Source: Octopus sinensis
Taxonomy: Eukaryota
Assembly (NCBI RefSeq): GCF_006345805.1
Contig: NC_043004.1
Location: forward strand, 62,248,001-62,312,000
Direction: 5' to 3'
DNA: 64,000 bases
Part shown: positions 27,553 to 39,672 of the stretch, piece by piece
How positions within the stretch are numbered: position 1 is the first letter of the stretch
Layout: every line of letters begins with the position of its first letter
Program-made: the position numbers and the translations under genes
The notes under the pieces: model-generated
The model's input: the letters and a program-made list of their open reading frames with translations, nothing else
Told to the model about the DNA's origin: nothing
Databases searched by the model: none

Positions 27553-29835
27553 TCTATACTATAATAATTGATACGAAGTAGAATATATAGTTGGGTTTCA
27601 AAATATTTATGTCCACTGAAAACCCTGCAAATGTTTTACGCTCTTATTTTGATAAATTTGAAAAGGCAGTGCTTCAATATTTTTTTTTGTAAGTTTTAAA
27701 ACCCCATTACAGCCAGATAAGAAAAGCAGCCAGATTTCATCAACAGGTGAGGCGAAGAAGATTGATCAGTGGCCGACGAGAAGCTGTAAAAAGCATAGAT
27801 GCTGCACGACGGTCGGAAGCGCGGGCTAACTTGAGCCAAGCAGGTCACTCCGAAATGTTAGTAGAGCACACTCAACGACATAAGGTAGCAAGTGAACATA
27901 TACCACAGGAAAAAAGAGAAAACATCCTACATGAAAATGCTGAAAAGCATCGCGCAGCCCGTGAGAATTTATCACAGGAAAGAAGGGAAGAAATTCTACA
28001 TCAATATGCTCAAACAGCATCGTGCAGCCAGAGAGATATTATCCCAGGAAAGTGGTCTTTTTACGCATGAGATTAAATTAAAGATTGTAGCACCAATAAT
28101 GTTACTCATATATCTTGATCACCAAAACGGTCATTGTAACGGCAAAATTTATAAAATTGTAACTGCAAATAACAATCTAATAGCTGCAAAAAAATTGACT
28201 GGATTTGAAGTGGGACAAATTCTTCAGATTCCTCGGATCAGTTTAATACCTTCTGATTCCACGGATTAGTTTAATGCTTTCTGATTCTGATTACACTTCA
28301 CATTAAAAAGATGCCAATTTCCAATACGACCAGCTTTTGCAATTTTCATAAACAAAAGTGAGGACAGAGTCTGTCAAAATGTGGCATTCACTTAACAAAT
28401 CCATTTTTCTCTGACGGTCAATTATACGTTGCTATAAGCAGTGTTGTATATCCAGACAAGATAATGAATTCATGCTGACAAAAATGAGTTCCTCAATTAC
28501 AATTCAAATCTAAGATGCCGAGACCAACATGATATACATAAACTAACTAGAAATGTTGTATTGGTTTGTCCGGAAGATTCGTGCCAATTTTTAAAGGAAA
28601 GAAAAAGGTCAATAAATACTCGCAATTACACTTTTAATCAACCAAATATGAAACATTTTGTTGCACAATGCGTATCTATATTTACTTTAACTTGAATATA
28701 CCCTCTTTCCAGAATTGAGGCGGTTTCATGGCAAATAATTCATCAAGGTATCTTTTTACGTCATCCAAGGAATTGACATTTTTATCATTAAGACTATTCC
28801 GCAGAGACCTGCAAAAGTGGAAATCCGAAGGAGCAATATCTGGTGAATATGGAGGGCGCAACAATTTTTGTCTGGTTCCCAAAGAAACCTGCGGTAGTGC
28901 ATTATTATGGTAGAAAACAATACCCTTCCTGATGGACAATTCTGGGTGTTTCTCTTAAATTGCTGCATTTAACACGTCCAGTTGTGTGCTGTAATTCTCA
29001 GAATTATTTGTCTGGTTACTTGAGAGAAGCTCATAGTACAGAATGCCTTTCCAATCCCACTGGACACAAAACAAGCCTTTTTTAGGGTGAAGACCTGTTT
29101 TGGGCTGGCTATGGGTGGTTCATGTTACTTACTTCAGGATCACTTTCTCTGAACATTTCTGTAGATAATCTATTTCTCATCACTTGTCACAATTTGCTTT
29201 AAAAAAGGCGCGTTTTTATTCAGTTTATAAAGCAATTCACAGATTGAAATGCAATTCAAAAGGTTCCTCTCATTCAACTGTGGTACCCAAACATCCAAGC
29301 CAGTTTTGTACCCGCGCTTTACCAGGTGCTCATGAACGACAGATTTTGATAGGTTGAGGCTGTCTGCCAATTCTCAGATTGTGCAATGTGGGTTATTCTC
29401 AATTAATGACTTGATTTGGTCATCACCTGCAGCTGATTGTCTGCCTGATCGCTCTTTATCAATAAGGCTACAATCACCTCGAAACCTCACGAATCACTTC
29501 CGTAAATTGTTTCGGATAAAGAAACATCACCGTAAACTGCGCATATTTCTTTGGTTGCTCGTGAGGCATTTTTCCCTTTACGGAAAAAGAAGCCCATCAA
29601 GTGCCGAAAATGAACTTTCTTATCTCCCATTTTAAAGGGTTACAGAATTAACACAGTTTATAGAAGCATAAACCTTCTTCCACAAAATGATAACTTAAAC
29701 TGTGCACTAAATGGAGGTGTTGTCAAATCCTATTTTATGGACTCAACCATGTTCTAAAATAAGACGAAAGTTAAGCTACTAAAAATCGGCATGAACTTTC
29801 CGGACAACCCAATATATAGCGAAGTTGTCTAACTG
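27553..29835 (+). mobile_element. Internally deleted Helitron (RepHel N-terminus fused to PIF1-helicase C-terminus), interrupted by a mariner
   Basis: Candidate 5' end A|TCTATACTATAATAA at 27553. Charged repeat N-terminus (HRAARENLSQERREEI). Helicase motifs SGLFTHEIKLKIVAPIMLL, IPRISLIPSD, KRCQFPIRPAFAIFINKSE, FSDGQLYVAISSV. C-terminus TRNVV|YSEVV* is split by the mariner. No 3' hairpin/CTRR end found. Confidence 0.85.
28561..29812 (-). mobile_element. Full-length mariner DNA transposon (1252 bp), defective transposase
   Basis: TIRs TTGGTTTGTCCGGAAGATTCGTGCCAATTTTT / AAAAATCGGCATGAACTTTCCGGACAACCCAA flanked by TA. Minus-strand transposase remnants: MGDKKVHFRHLM.FFFRKGKNA, DVWVPQL, IVTSDEK, HNNA, PPYSPDIAPSDF. 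Confidence 0.95.
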
Positions 29836-30938
29836 TAAAAACCTCCTTGTATACACATCGTATACATTAAGATTAAATTGTATACGTTCAGTATATAAAT
29901 ATTGTAATCTTTATTTCTTATATGAAGATTTGCGGATAAATTATTTCAAACAGTTTAAGGATGATGAGATTCAATAAGTACTCAACCTATTCCCATTTTA
30001 TTTTCAAACGTAATTGCTTGAGATCTGGAGAGTGTAGTATCAAAGCCAGGAATGTATCAGCGATTTTTGCACTGGCTGCGAAGACATTCAATTGTTGACT
30101 GTCCTCGGAGGCCAAGGGCATCTTCATTAAATTGAAATTTACATTGCCGCGAAGAATGTAAACGCATGGACGATTAAGTCAGAATGTGTGGAAAGCACGA
30201 ATTTTCCTCGTTCATTTCTGCTTTCTTCATACGCATATTTTCCCTTCCTAGAACAAAAACGGTTCCCTACCCTCTTCCCTCCACATCATTTTTCTAATAC
30301 TACTCTCCTTGCAAAATTATGTGATTCTGTCAAAAAAACTTTATTGAACACTACCTGTGAAATGGCCGAGCTGAAATACTTAATTCCATTTTGCTTTCTT
30401 CATACACACTCTTTTTCTTCCACTTGACCAAAAATATTTCCCCACATTTTCCCTCCAAATTATCTTCTTTTAAAATACCACTATCCTTGCGAAGACAGCT
30501 CTATTGAATCCAGTCGGTAAAATAATCTTGCTTAAATTCATCATTCTTCTCACTCTCTTATATTTTTTTCAATTTCTTTCTTTAATATTTATTTCTCTGT
30601 ACATTTATATTCTCCTCTCCTGCTGTGCTGTCTACACATTCTCAATGAATTTTCCATACGTTAACATTTACCTCCTTAATTTATTCAAGGCATCCTTAGC
30701 ATGAAGAGTAGATTAAGGGCTAGATCTCGCCTGGATGTTTACTACTTCTGAGATTCTTCTCGCAATTTGGCTGCAGCGAAATTTAGAATAAACCTTTCTC
30801 ACTTTAAATACTTCGATACGAACAAAATATACAACAATGCGTCTCAATAAACCACTATTATCCCTGAAAGATGGTTTCCTTCATATTTACTTCGTATTGC
30901 TTAGAGCTAACTTTCTTCCTACACCTTTTTCATTGGAT

Positions 30939-30977
<39 letters not shown>

Positions 30978-31021
30978 CGGAGATGTACTTGCATAGCAAG
31001 TGACCTTATGAAGGAACGAAA

Positions 31022-31310
31022 GCAATTACTGCGTGGAAGGTGTTTATAAGCCATTTAAGAACAACACAAAAACCGTTAGATTCACTTCAACATTTGAATT
31101 TAACTTGTCAAAACATTTTCGTCGCTTTGAGACCGCGACCTGTTCACAAACAAAATTCAGTGCTGCATCATGTCATTTTGTCAGTGAACAAGTCGCGGTC
31201 TCAAAGCGACGAATATATCTTGACAAGTTAAATTCAAATGTTGAAGTGAATCTAACGGTCATTGTATTTATTTCTTAAATGGCTCATAAGAACCTTCCAC
31301 GCTGCAATTG
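31022..31310. repeat. Palindromic (foldback) MITE-like element, ~135-bp arms
   Basis: GCGTGGAAGG...CCGTTAGATTCACTTCAACATTTGAATTTAACTTGTCAA...GAGACCGCGAC is mirrored at 31175-31310, with a ~17-nt loop. It lies between (TA)n tracts. Confidence 0.85.
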
Positions 31311-31341
31311 TCTGTATATATGTATATATGTATATATATAT

Positions 31342-31429
<88 letters not shown>

Positions 31430-31619
31430 GGGATAGAAACAGTTTGAATCAAATCCTTTGGTACTCTTCAAACTCAAGAATACCGACGAATTTGAATCAA
31501 ACGGTTTTGATCCATACCTGTAAATCCGGATAATTTGGTTGCGTTCCCTTATTACGTCTGTCCATTAACTCGTATAGATATATTTGGTTACAAAGACGCG
31601 ATGAGCGATGGCTAGAAGA

Positions 31620-31830
31620 ATATTCATCTCTATTTAATAACCAGTTGATCTAGGAAGCGGGACTTCATATCAGTGAGGGAGACCGGTGTGCATTGATGCC
31701 TTCAAGTCTTTGGCACAGAAACGGCGCGCATTTTCTCCTGATGACCCGTACACTTGTTGGCTTCCGGTGTGCAGAGTTCTCAACTGCTAGGACTTGCATA
31801 TACAAGTTGTTTCCAATATATATATACCTA
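31620..31830. repeat. Diverged copy of the ~250-bp dispersed repeat also at 38340-38590 and 39045-39295
   Basis: The reverse complement shares AAACAACTTG.A.ATGCAA, CATCAGGAGA.AATGCGC.C.GTTTC and GGCATCAATGC.CACCG. Confidence 0.6.
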
Positions 31831-32799
31831 TATATGTTATTTGAAGAGCACAATGCATATATTTAAGCGCTAGTAATAGTTCTATATTCAAGCACAAGCC
31901 ACATATCATAACGAAATAAAAATTGAATATTAAAAGAAATGCGAAAAAGGAAAAAAAATGAGTAGGCGGCATATAGAAAACGAGGAAGTTAAAAGACGGA
32001 AAACTATTTTAAAAACATTTTCTGTGATTTGTATATGCTGCTTCCTTAATGTTTTCTCGTCTCTTCTAATATTCCAAATTTTCAGTTCGTTAAGATATGT
32101 GATTTGCGCTTGAGGAATTTGAGTATTTTTCAACATATGAAACTATTAGTAGCAGTTAATTACATGCATTGTGCTCTTTAAATAAAATCTCTCTCCAGTT
32201 GAAATATTTTTGTGAATTTTCTATCACGGAACAATAACAATATAATATATATATATATATGTACATATATATATATGTGTGTGTGTGTGTGGTGTAAGTA
32301 TATATATATGTATATATACATGTGTATTTATTTTGGAGTGCGTTCGTGCCCGTCTGTGTACTCACATACACGCATATATATCGAAATGTTAAAATATGAA
32401 GTGCATTTCTATACTTGGTTGTAATTCTAAAGTACTTTCTACATATTGTATAAATGTTGTTTTGTTGAAGAAAGTTCTCCACGAAATATATTGTCCAGAA
32501 ATCTAATTGCACAAAATATATACTACCAAAGCAGCGAAAAAATAAAAGCGAAAAAATGACGCGTTTGCGCAGTTGCCATTGTACCAATGTATGTATTTCA
32601 TCTCGAATATTTTGAAATACTTTGAAATTTACATAAGTGGATAACTTTGAATAGAATTGGAGCTTAGGTTATTTTTATTTCATTGCTGTTCCTATTTTCT
32701 CTGTTCCATGTCACTTAAGTCGTTATATTGATTAAGTCATCAAGAGTTGTAAAAAAGTCATATTTTGACATAGAGAATTTTCATTTTATTCTGAGAGGT

Positions 32800-35050
32800 A
32801 TAGATTTATTAATCTAGGTACATTTTGTTTTTACACGAGCACGCACGGAACTTTACTGGCCCTCGGGTCACTATATCTCGCTGCTACAAATGTTTTTACT
32901 ACGTAATATTTGGAGAAATATTATCAGTCATAAATGCATATGATAGCGTAATACATTTAATGCTGATATTCGTTAACAAAATATTTTTCTTAATTAGTGC
33001 CTTACTGTTTGGTCATTGAGTCCCAAAACTGTTAATATTGGAATATTAAGTAGTTTGATCTTTAATTTGTTGGCAATATATCATCTATATTCTGCTGAAT
33101 ATCATACTATTTGTCCAATAATGTGTTTATGACAAAATGTCCATACTGCATTGCGTACTGTCTTAATTATAAGAAAATCTGCTTTGGAGCTTGTAACAGA
33201 AAGCTACATTCTGAACTGTTTCATCGGTTGCAAATTGCATAAATAGTTTTTGTGACTGGGTATTTGTGGAAGAGATATTTTAATAACCTTGTCCTGTAAC
33301 ATTTTTGGTAGTTTTATACAGATGTGAGGGAAGTATTCAGTGGTCTTTTTGTTGATAATGAAATGGATAGAACCATAATTATTTCCTTTCTGTATTTTGT
33401 TGCTCGAAGCTTCAGTATCTTAATTTCAATTGCTTTCTGAATTCGATAGTTGATTAAATTCATTGGCATTTACGTGTGAAAAGCTTTCTTTTACATCTCT
33501 TGTAGTCGGTGATCCCGTCATTTAGTGTCGGAGATAGTTTTGCAGATTGCTTTGGAAAATTGTATGGGTGATGTTCTCGGGTGTGTTTAAGGCTGAAATC
33601 ATGTAAAAGGAAGGTATTTAAAATATGTCTTTGTTTAGTATCATGTTCCTTTCAGCCAGTAATATATCTGAGAGTTGTAGCTTGTCGTTACTGAATTGGA
33701 TGAAAATGTTTATGTTGGCGATGAGATTTTGAAATTGCTACATGCTATGAAGACTTGCTTCTTAAAATAAAACAATTGTTTTTATTTGTATTTATTTTTA
33801 TTTTGTTTTCAAATAATAGTTGACATCATCTTCAGAATTCGAGAGGATTTTACACATTATAAGATCAGACTATCGGATAACTAATTTTTCACCCCGATGA
33901 AATAACTTTGGTTCCTATAGACTTTCCTGACCTTTCCTTACAGGCCCTGTTCTTAAATGAACTTTTCTATCAACACTCTTTGATTCCATAATTCACATCA
34001 TCAATTGTGACAATATAAATATTTATCTTTCCTATTTAATGTGTTAAAGAAAAGGCTTAAAGAGAATATCTAGAGTGTTCCTAGACAATGGGATTCGTTA
34101 TAAGGGCTAAAATCGCTCCCAGATTTAAATCTATTCGTCAGGCGAGCTTCACACAATTCAGCTCTTTTTCACGTTTCATTAATTAGTTTATTGTTAAGTA
34201 AATTTGGCAGTCCAGAGAAATACCTTGTTCAATATGTATTTTAGTATTGGTTTACTTAGGCGGCAAGTATTTCTAATAATTTTAACTTATCGCTATGAGA
34301 TACATTGTCGTACAGCATAGGCAGTAAACTATACATGCAATATTCAGTATCCTTAAGAATAATCGAAACTCCTCTGTCGGTGTCTTTAATAGAAGTAATT
34401 TTTATCGAGTTTATATCCTGCCATATGCTAAAGTTGGATTTGATTTCATGACATTAATGGTTTATATAATCGGAAGTTTTAAATATATCTGAAATTGTTT
34501 AGACTTCAATTAGAATTTCTCCATCATATATTTCACGTTGTTCTACTTTTATATTTCTGTGTAATCCTGGAATGATACATTTTATTTCACATATATTAGA
34601 TTTTTGACAAATTGTGGTAAATGTTAATCCTTTGTGAAATATTTGTGAACCATTTAATATTTGTTTATGAAGATCTTTTTCCGTTTGGAACAAACAGTTA
34701 TGAGACAGACCCTCTTCTATATATGTCATACTTTTATTGAGTTTATTTTGTTAGTTCTGAAGCACCAGAGTATTTTATTGTTATATTTTTGTCATGTACT
34801 CCGTAGTTATTCCTCATTATGTGACTGTAGTTCTGTCTGGAAATATTTCTGTTTTTCCAATTGTAGAGGATATATTTATATCACTTAATATTTCTTTGTG
34901 TTCTTGATTATTGTTGCTTATAAATATATTTTGGGTTTGTGTATCTGAGGGAGAATACGAGGGAGAAAATGTATTGACTCTGATTATGTATATCAACAAT
35001 ATATCTGAGGTTAAACCTGCCGGCAATGTACATGTCAAAACAGTAGTACA
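32800..35050 (-). mobile_element. Penelope-like element relic (RT + GIY-YIG region), very degenerate
   Basis: QIFHKGLTFTTICQKSN (KGL.F motif upstream of PLE RT) in ORF 34499..34729, and GIY-YIG-like YSYIGQT near 33120. Many stops. Confidence 0.5.
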
Positions 35051-36016
35051 TAATAAGTTAATGATTAGAAAAACTTCTATCAGTTCAATATTATCCAGAT
35101 AATTTATTCAAGAAACCTTATCTGTGATATTTACACATTGCGATTAATTATAGGGAGATAGCACCAAGAGAGTGAGGGAATTTAAATTGTTAGACAATAT
35201 ACACAATACACATTATAAATACTATCAAAGTTTAAAAAAAAACAACTGTGTTATGGTATGATTAATTGCCGTGGCAGACAACGTGTTTCAATTCTAGAGT
35301 GGCCTCTATTTTATAAACAGTGAATCATTAAAAGGACCCTGCTTGGTTATAGGTAGTATTGAAGAAAATCATTGAACAATGATACAGGAGAAAGAAAATG
35401 GATGTCATACAGATAATACAAAACTGAAAATAAATTAATAACTCGGGCTTTACGCGTCATCTGGTATATTGATGTGATGAATCATTGGCTAAAACGTGCC
35501 AAATATCTCCAAAGTATAAATGAGATAAGATCAAGGTATGATAGGAGAAAAATTAGTTTTGGCACTAGTTTCAATCCCTACGTGCAAAATATAATTACCA
35601 AATGTTAATTCAAGTGTAAGGATAGAGTTTGAGAGCGAGATTACCGAGACGATATAATTCTACCTACAAATAAATGTCTGAAAATAATAAGGCGAAGATA
35701 ATGACAAATTATATGATCTTGAACGAAAATGTGAGTGCGTGTTTTACGTGTATGAAGTGAGTAGTAGTTTCAAAGAATGTATGTAAGAGTTCAAACTGAT
35801 GCTATAATTAATTAATGATCTTGTTAAATACGTATAAATCCTTCGGGGTGAAACTAATCTAAGGATAAACATATTTTCACAGTTATTTTTATCTGCTCAT
35901 CTACATTTTATATCGATTACTCTGTTGTTTCCCAACTATCTCCCTGTTTGCTCAGTATTACGCATGCACTCACATACACATGAGCGCGCGCAGAAATATA
36001 TATATATACGGATATA

Positions 36017-36097
<81 letters not shown>

Positions 36098-36920
36098 TGT
36101 CTGTGTTTATAATGAACAATAAATTTAATAAGGATTATTACGAAGTGGCATAGCATTACCTTTAATTATTTTTAAATATGTTTCAACTGCACCGAAAAGT
36201 ACATGTTGCAATTACCATCCTATTATAATATCGGCTGCAGATTCTTCAGGGCCTTTACTTAATATCCTTTTATTTAACTGTATGAAGATTTTCGTTTACC
36301 TACTCTCCGTAGTATCATGTAGAGTTGGGCGCTAAGTAAGACGCGAACTATCTTCAAATTAAGTTTTGGTTGGATAATCATATATAGTCTGTTATTTCAA
36401 AACATTATGTGGTTAAATGTTTATTATTCATTTCTACTGGGCAAGTGTGAATTCCCTCACCTGCAAGCTTTTCAAAGCTTGTTTTTGTCTACAATTTATT
36501 ACACTATATCAGATGAAATAATTTGGTAAAATACTTCCAAATAGAGGTCACATTTATAAGTTCGCGGTCTCTATGGTTTTGCAGTATAAATTAATTCCCA
36601 ACTGATGGGATAGTCTTTGTGTCTGTTCATAATAAATCAGATTAACTTAGTACGACTTATTTGGAATCTTTTATTTTTATCTCCTAATGAACTCAAATAA
36701 TTTGCCAGTCTCCTCTTGAATATTAATGATGTCCTACAGATGCGAAAGTATTCATGTAACTTTACGTTTGTACTTTTAGTCTTTCACGTCTATATTTTTA
36801 GTCTTAACATTTACATTTTTAGCGTTTTGCTTGCTTTTCACATAACAGGAGTCATGTTTAGAACAATTGCAAAAAAAACTTTTTTATATCTAGTTTTAGT
36901 GTGATCATTCATGGTAACAT

Positions 36921-36955
<35 letters not shown>

Positions 36956-36964
36956 ATAAAACGG

Positions 36965-37555
36965 TAAGATAACAAAAGAAAGAAAGAGACCTCAATATTA
37001 TGTAAATAGAGGAAATTTATCTATACAATATGTTACATTACTCGGTAGTCAAGATAAAACTCTGAGTTTCAGATGCCGAAGTGGAAATCCACAACACCAT
37101 CTCTTCGGTTATCTGGCTATTTGAAAACGTTATGAAAAAATACCGTTAAAAATGAAGGGAAATTACTCTGTTATAACTCTGCTTTGCCTGCGTACTTATA
37201 CATCGCTCGCATTTTTCGTCATAAAAATTATATAAAAATACATAAAAATATATAAAATCTTCTTGGGACATAACACAGAAAGCATGTTCTATCCGTTTTC
37301 TTTAGGGGACCAAAAACGTAACAGAAATTTAGTCACATGTGGGCATGATCCGAAAAGCTCTGTCCTTGTATTTAGACATGTGGTAGGGTCTAAGCTGCTT
37401 TTCCAGATAAGCCATCTCTCCATGTCGCATAAACCGCACCTTCCGCTGCCGTTAGTATAGGGCTTACATCTGGCCAAAATCTTCCATTGTATGTTATAAT
37501 CGACACCTTTATCTCTTAAAGACCAAATATGATTGGATAATTGTGTCGCTTTTCT
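36965..37555 (-). mobile_element. Penelope-like element 3' end (GIY-YIG C-terminus + pLTR)
   Basis: Minus strand reads QLSNHIWSLRDKGVDYNIQWKILARCKPYTNGSGRCGLCDMERWLIW...LNTRTELFGSCPHVTKF, the typical PLE endonuclease C-terminus. Confidence 0.85.
37052..37114 (-). ncRNA. Variant/degenerate minimal hammerhead ribozyme in PLE pLTR
   Basis: Minus strand: AGATAA-CCGAAGA-GATG...CATC-T-GAAACTCAGAGTT-TTATCT. Stem I is 6 bp, stem III is ACTC/GAGT, and the triplet is GUU. The core has C at U4 and an extra T before GAAA. Confidence 0.5.
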
Positions 37556-37663
37556 TTATATATATAATTATATATATATAATTGTAAGCACCTGTATAGG
37601 CCATTTAGCGGTGTAGGTAATAGAGTATATTAATCAAAATAAAAACATGATGCCAAGGATTCA

Positions 37664-37741
37664 GCGGTACATATGTTTCGGGCCTTTATTAGACGGTTTT
37701 AAAACAATACATAATGCGTGTCTATGGCCTTCTTCAGCCGC
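37664..37741 (-). ncRNA. Minimal type I hammerhead ribozyme (PLE type), left arm
   Basis: Minus strand: GCGG-CTGAAGA-AGGCC...GGCCC-GAAACATATGTA-CCGC. Confidence 0.75.
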
Positions 37742-38169
37742 GTACAATTACTACTTCAAGGACATGTATTACATTATAAGTTTTACGTTGGGGATGGAAA
37801 TCCTCATAGTCGCGTACGACAGAGTGGGGCACCAACACAAAAACGAAGCGTCCATCCCGCCTTTCACTCGATGTAGAATGAGGAAGTTTGGATGTTGAGT
37901 TAGAGAGGGAAGGGGTTGGGGGTTGAATCTTTAGTGAGTTAGGGATCACAAAGAGGGAGGGTGTGATCCCTAACGCACTAAAGATTCAGACTCCCAAACC
38001 CTTCCCTCTCTATCTCAACATCCAAACTTCCTAATTCTACATCGTGAAAGACGGGATGGACACTTCGTTTTTGTGTTGGTGCCCCACTCTGTCAAACGCA
38101 ACTATGAGGATTTCCATCCCCAACGTAAAACTTATAATGTAATACATGTCCTTGAAGTAGTAATTGTAC

Positions 38170-38247
38170 GCGGCTGAAGAAGGCCATAGACACATATTAT
38201 GCGTTGTTTTAAAACCGTCTAATAAAGGCCCGAAACATATGTACCGC
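38170..38247 (+). ncRNA. Minimal type I hammerhead ribozyme (PLE type), right arm
   Basis: GCGG (38170) + CTGAAGA (38174-38180) + stem II GGCC/GGCC + GAAA (38232) + palindromic stem III ACATATGT + A (cleavage after 38243, GUA) + CCGC pairing with GCGG. Confidence 0.78.
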
Positions 38248-38276
38248 TGAATCCTTGACATCATGTTTTATTTTGA

Positions 38277-38339
<63 letters not shown>

Positions 38340-38344
<5 letters not shown>

Positions 38345-38590
38345 GCAAACAACTTGCACATGCAATTGCTACCAGTCAGTCAGGTATTCCGGATACAGGA
38401 TCCAGAAAATATATATGTGGTTCAGCAGGAGAGAATGCGCACCGTTTCGGGACCTACCACTCGACGGCATCAATGCGCACCGCCCTCGCCCATTTGTGCC
38501 AGAACAACTAATTATTGAATATTGTCAATATACTTATAACCATCGATCATTCTCTCTTTGTAACCAACTTCAGTGGCATGCTTTTTCCAC
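38340..38590. repeat. ~250-bp dispersed repeat, tandem copy 1
   Basis: Aligns with 39045-39295 (high identity) and with 31620-31830. Confidence 0.8.
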
Positions 38591-38683
38591 ATATATATAT
38601 ATATAACGGGAAGCTTTATGAAAATAGACAAAAGACACATATATATATACATATATATACTACTTCAAGGACATGTATTACAT

Positions 38684-38728
<45 letters not shown>

Positions 38729-38796
38729 ATATATATATATATATATAATATAATGTAATACATGTCCTTGAAGTAGTATATATATGTATATATATA

Positions 38797-38835
<39 letters not shown>

Positions 38836-38868
38836 ATGTAATACATGTCCTTGAAGTAGTAATTGTAC

Positions 38869-38946
38869 GCGGCTGAAGAAGGCCATAGACACACGTTATG
38901 CATTGTTTTAAAACCGTCTAATGAAGGCCCGAAACATATGTACCAC
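38869..38946 (+). ncRNA. Third copy of the PLE hammerhead (stem I weakened: CCAC instead of CCGC)
   Basis: GCGG-CTGAAGA (38873) -AGGCC...GGCCC-GAAA (38931) -CATATGTA-CCAC, within a pLTR fragment at 38832-38980. Confidence 0.7.
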
Positions 38947-38979
38947 TGAATCCTTGGCATCATGTTTTTATTTTGATTA

Positions 38980-39029
<50 letters not shown>

Positions 39030-39044
39030 GTGTGTGTGTGTGTT

Positions 39045-39294
39045 ATGCAAACAACTTGCACATGCAATTGCTACCAGTCAGTCAGATACTCCGGATACTA
39101 GAAGCCAGAAAATATATATGTGGTTCATCAGGAGAGAATGCGCAACGTTTCGGGACCTACCTCTCGACGGCATCAATGCGCACCGCCCTCACCCATCTGT
39201 GCCAGCACAACTAATTATTGAATATTGTCAATATTCTTATAACCATCGATCATTCTCTCTTTGTAACCAACCTCAATGGCATGCTTTTTCCACA

Positions 39295-39295
<1 letters not shown>
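39045..39295. repeat. ~250-bp dispersed repeat, tandem copy 2
   Basis: Aligns with 38340-38590. Confidence 0.8.
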
Positions 39296-39381
<86 letters not shown>

Positions 39382-39531
39382 ATATATGAATATATATATA
39401 TATTATATATATATGTCTATATAAATAAATATATATTATATATATGAGTGTATATATATATATATGTATATATATATATTATTTATATTTATATATATGT
39501 ATATATATATATGTATATATATATGTAAATA

Positions 39532-39581
<50 letters not shown>

Positions 39582-39641
39582 ATATATATATATATATAGT
39601 ATATATATATATATATATGCATATATATGTATATATATATG

Positions 39642-39672
<31 letters not shown>

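Larger units (their letters stand above)
37626..38284. repeat. Long inverted repeat (~325-bp arms, 11-nt loop) made of two head-to-head PLE pLTR segments
   Basis: 37626-37950 is the reverse complement of 37962-38284 (roughly 95% identity by eye); loop AAGAGGGAGGG. Confidence 0.95.

Noticed and set aside
38440-38490. Hammerhead-like layout in the 250-bp repeat (minus strand TGCGCA-TTGATGC...GAAACG-GTGCGCA; also at 31690 and 39140)
   Set aside because: The core deviates at two conserved positions in all three copies and no stem II pairs next to GAAA.
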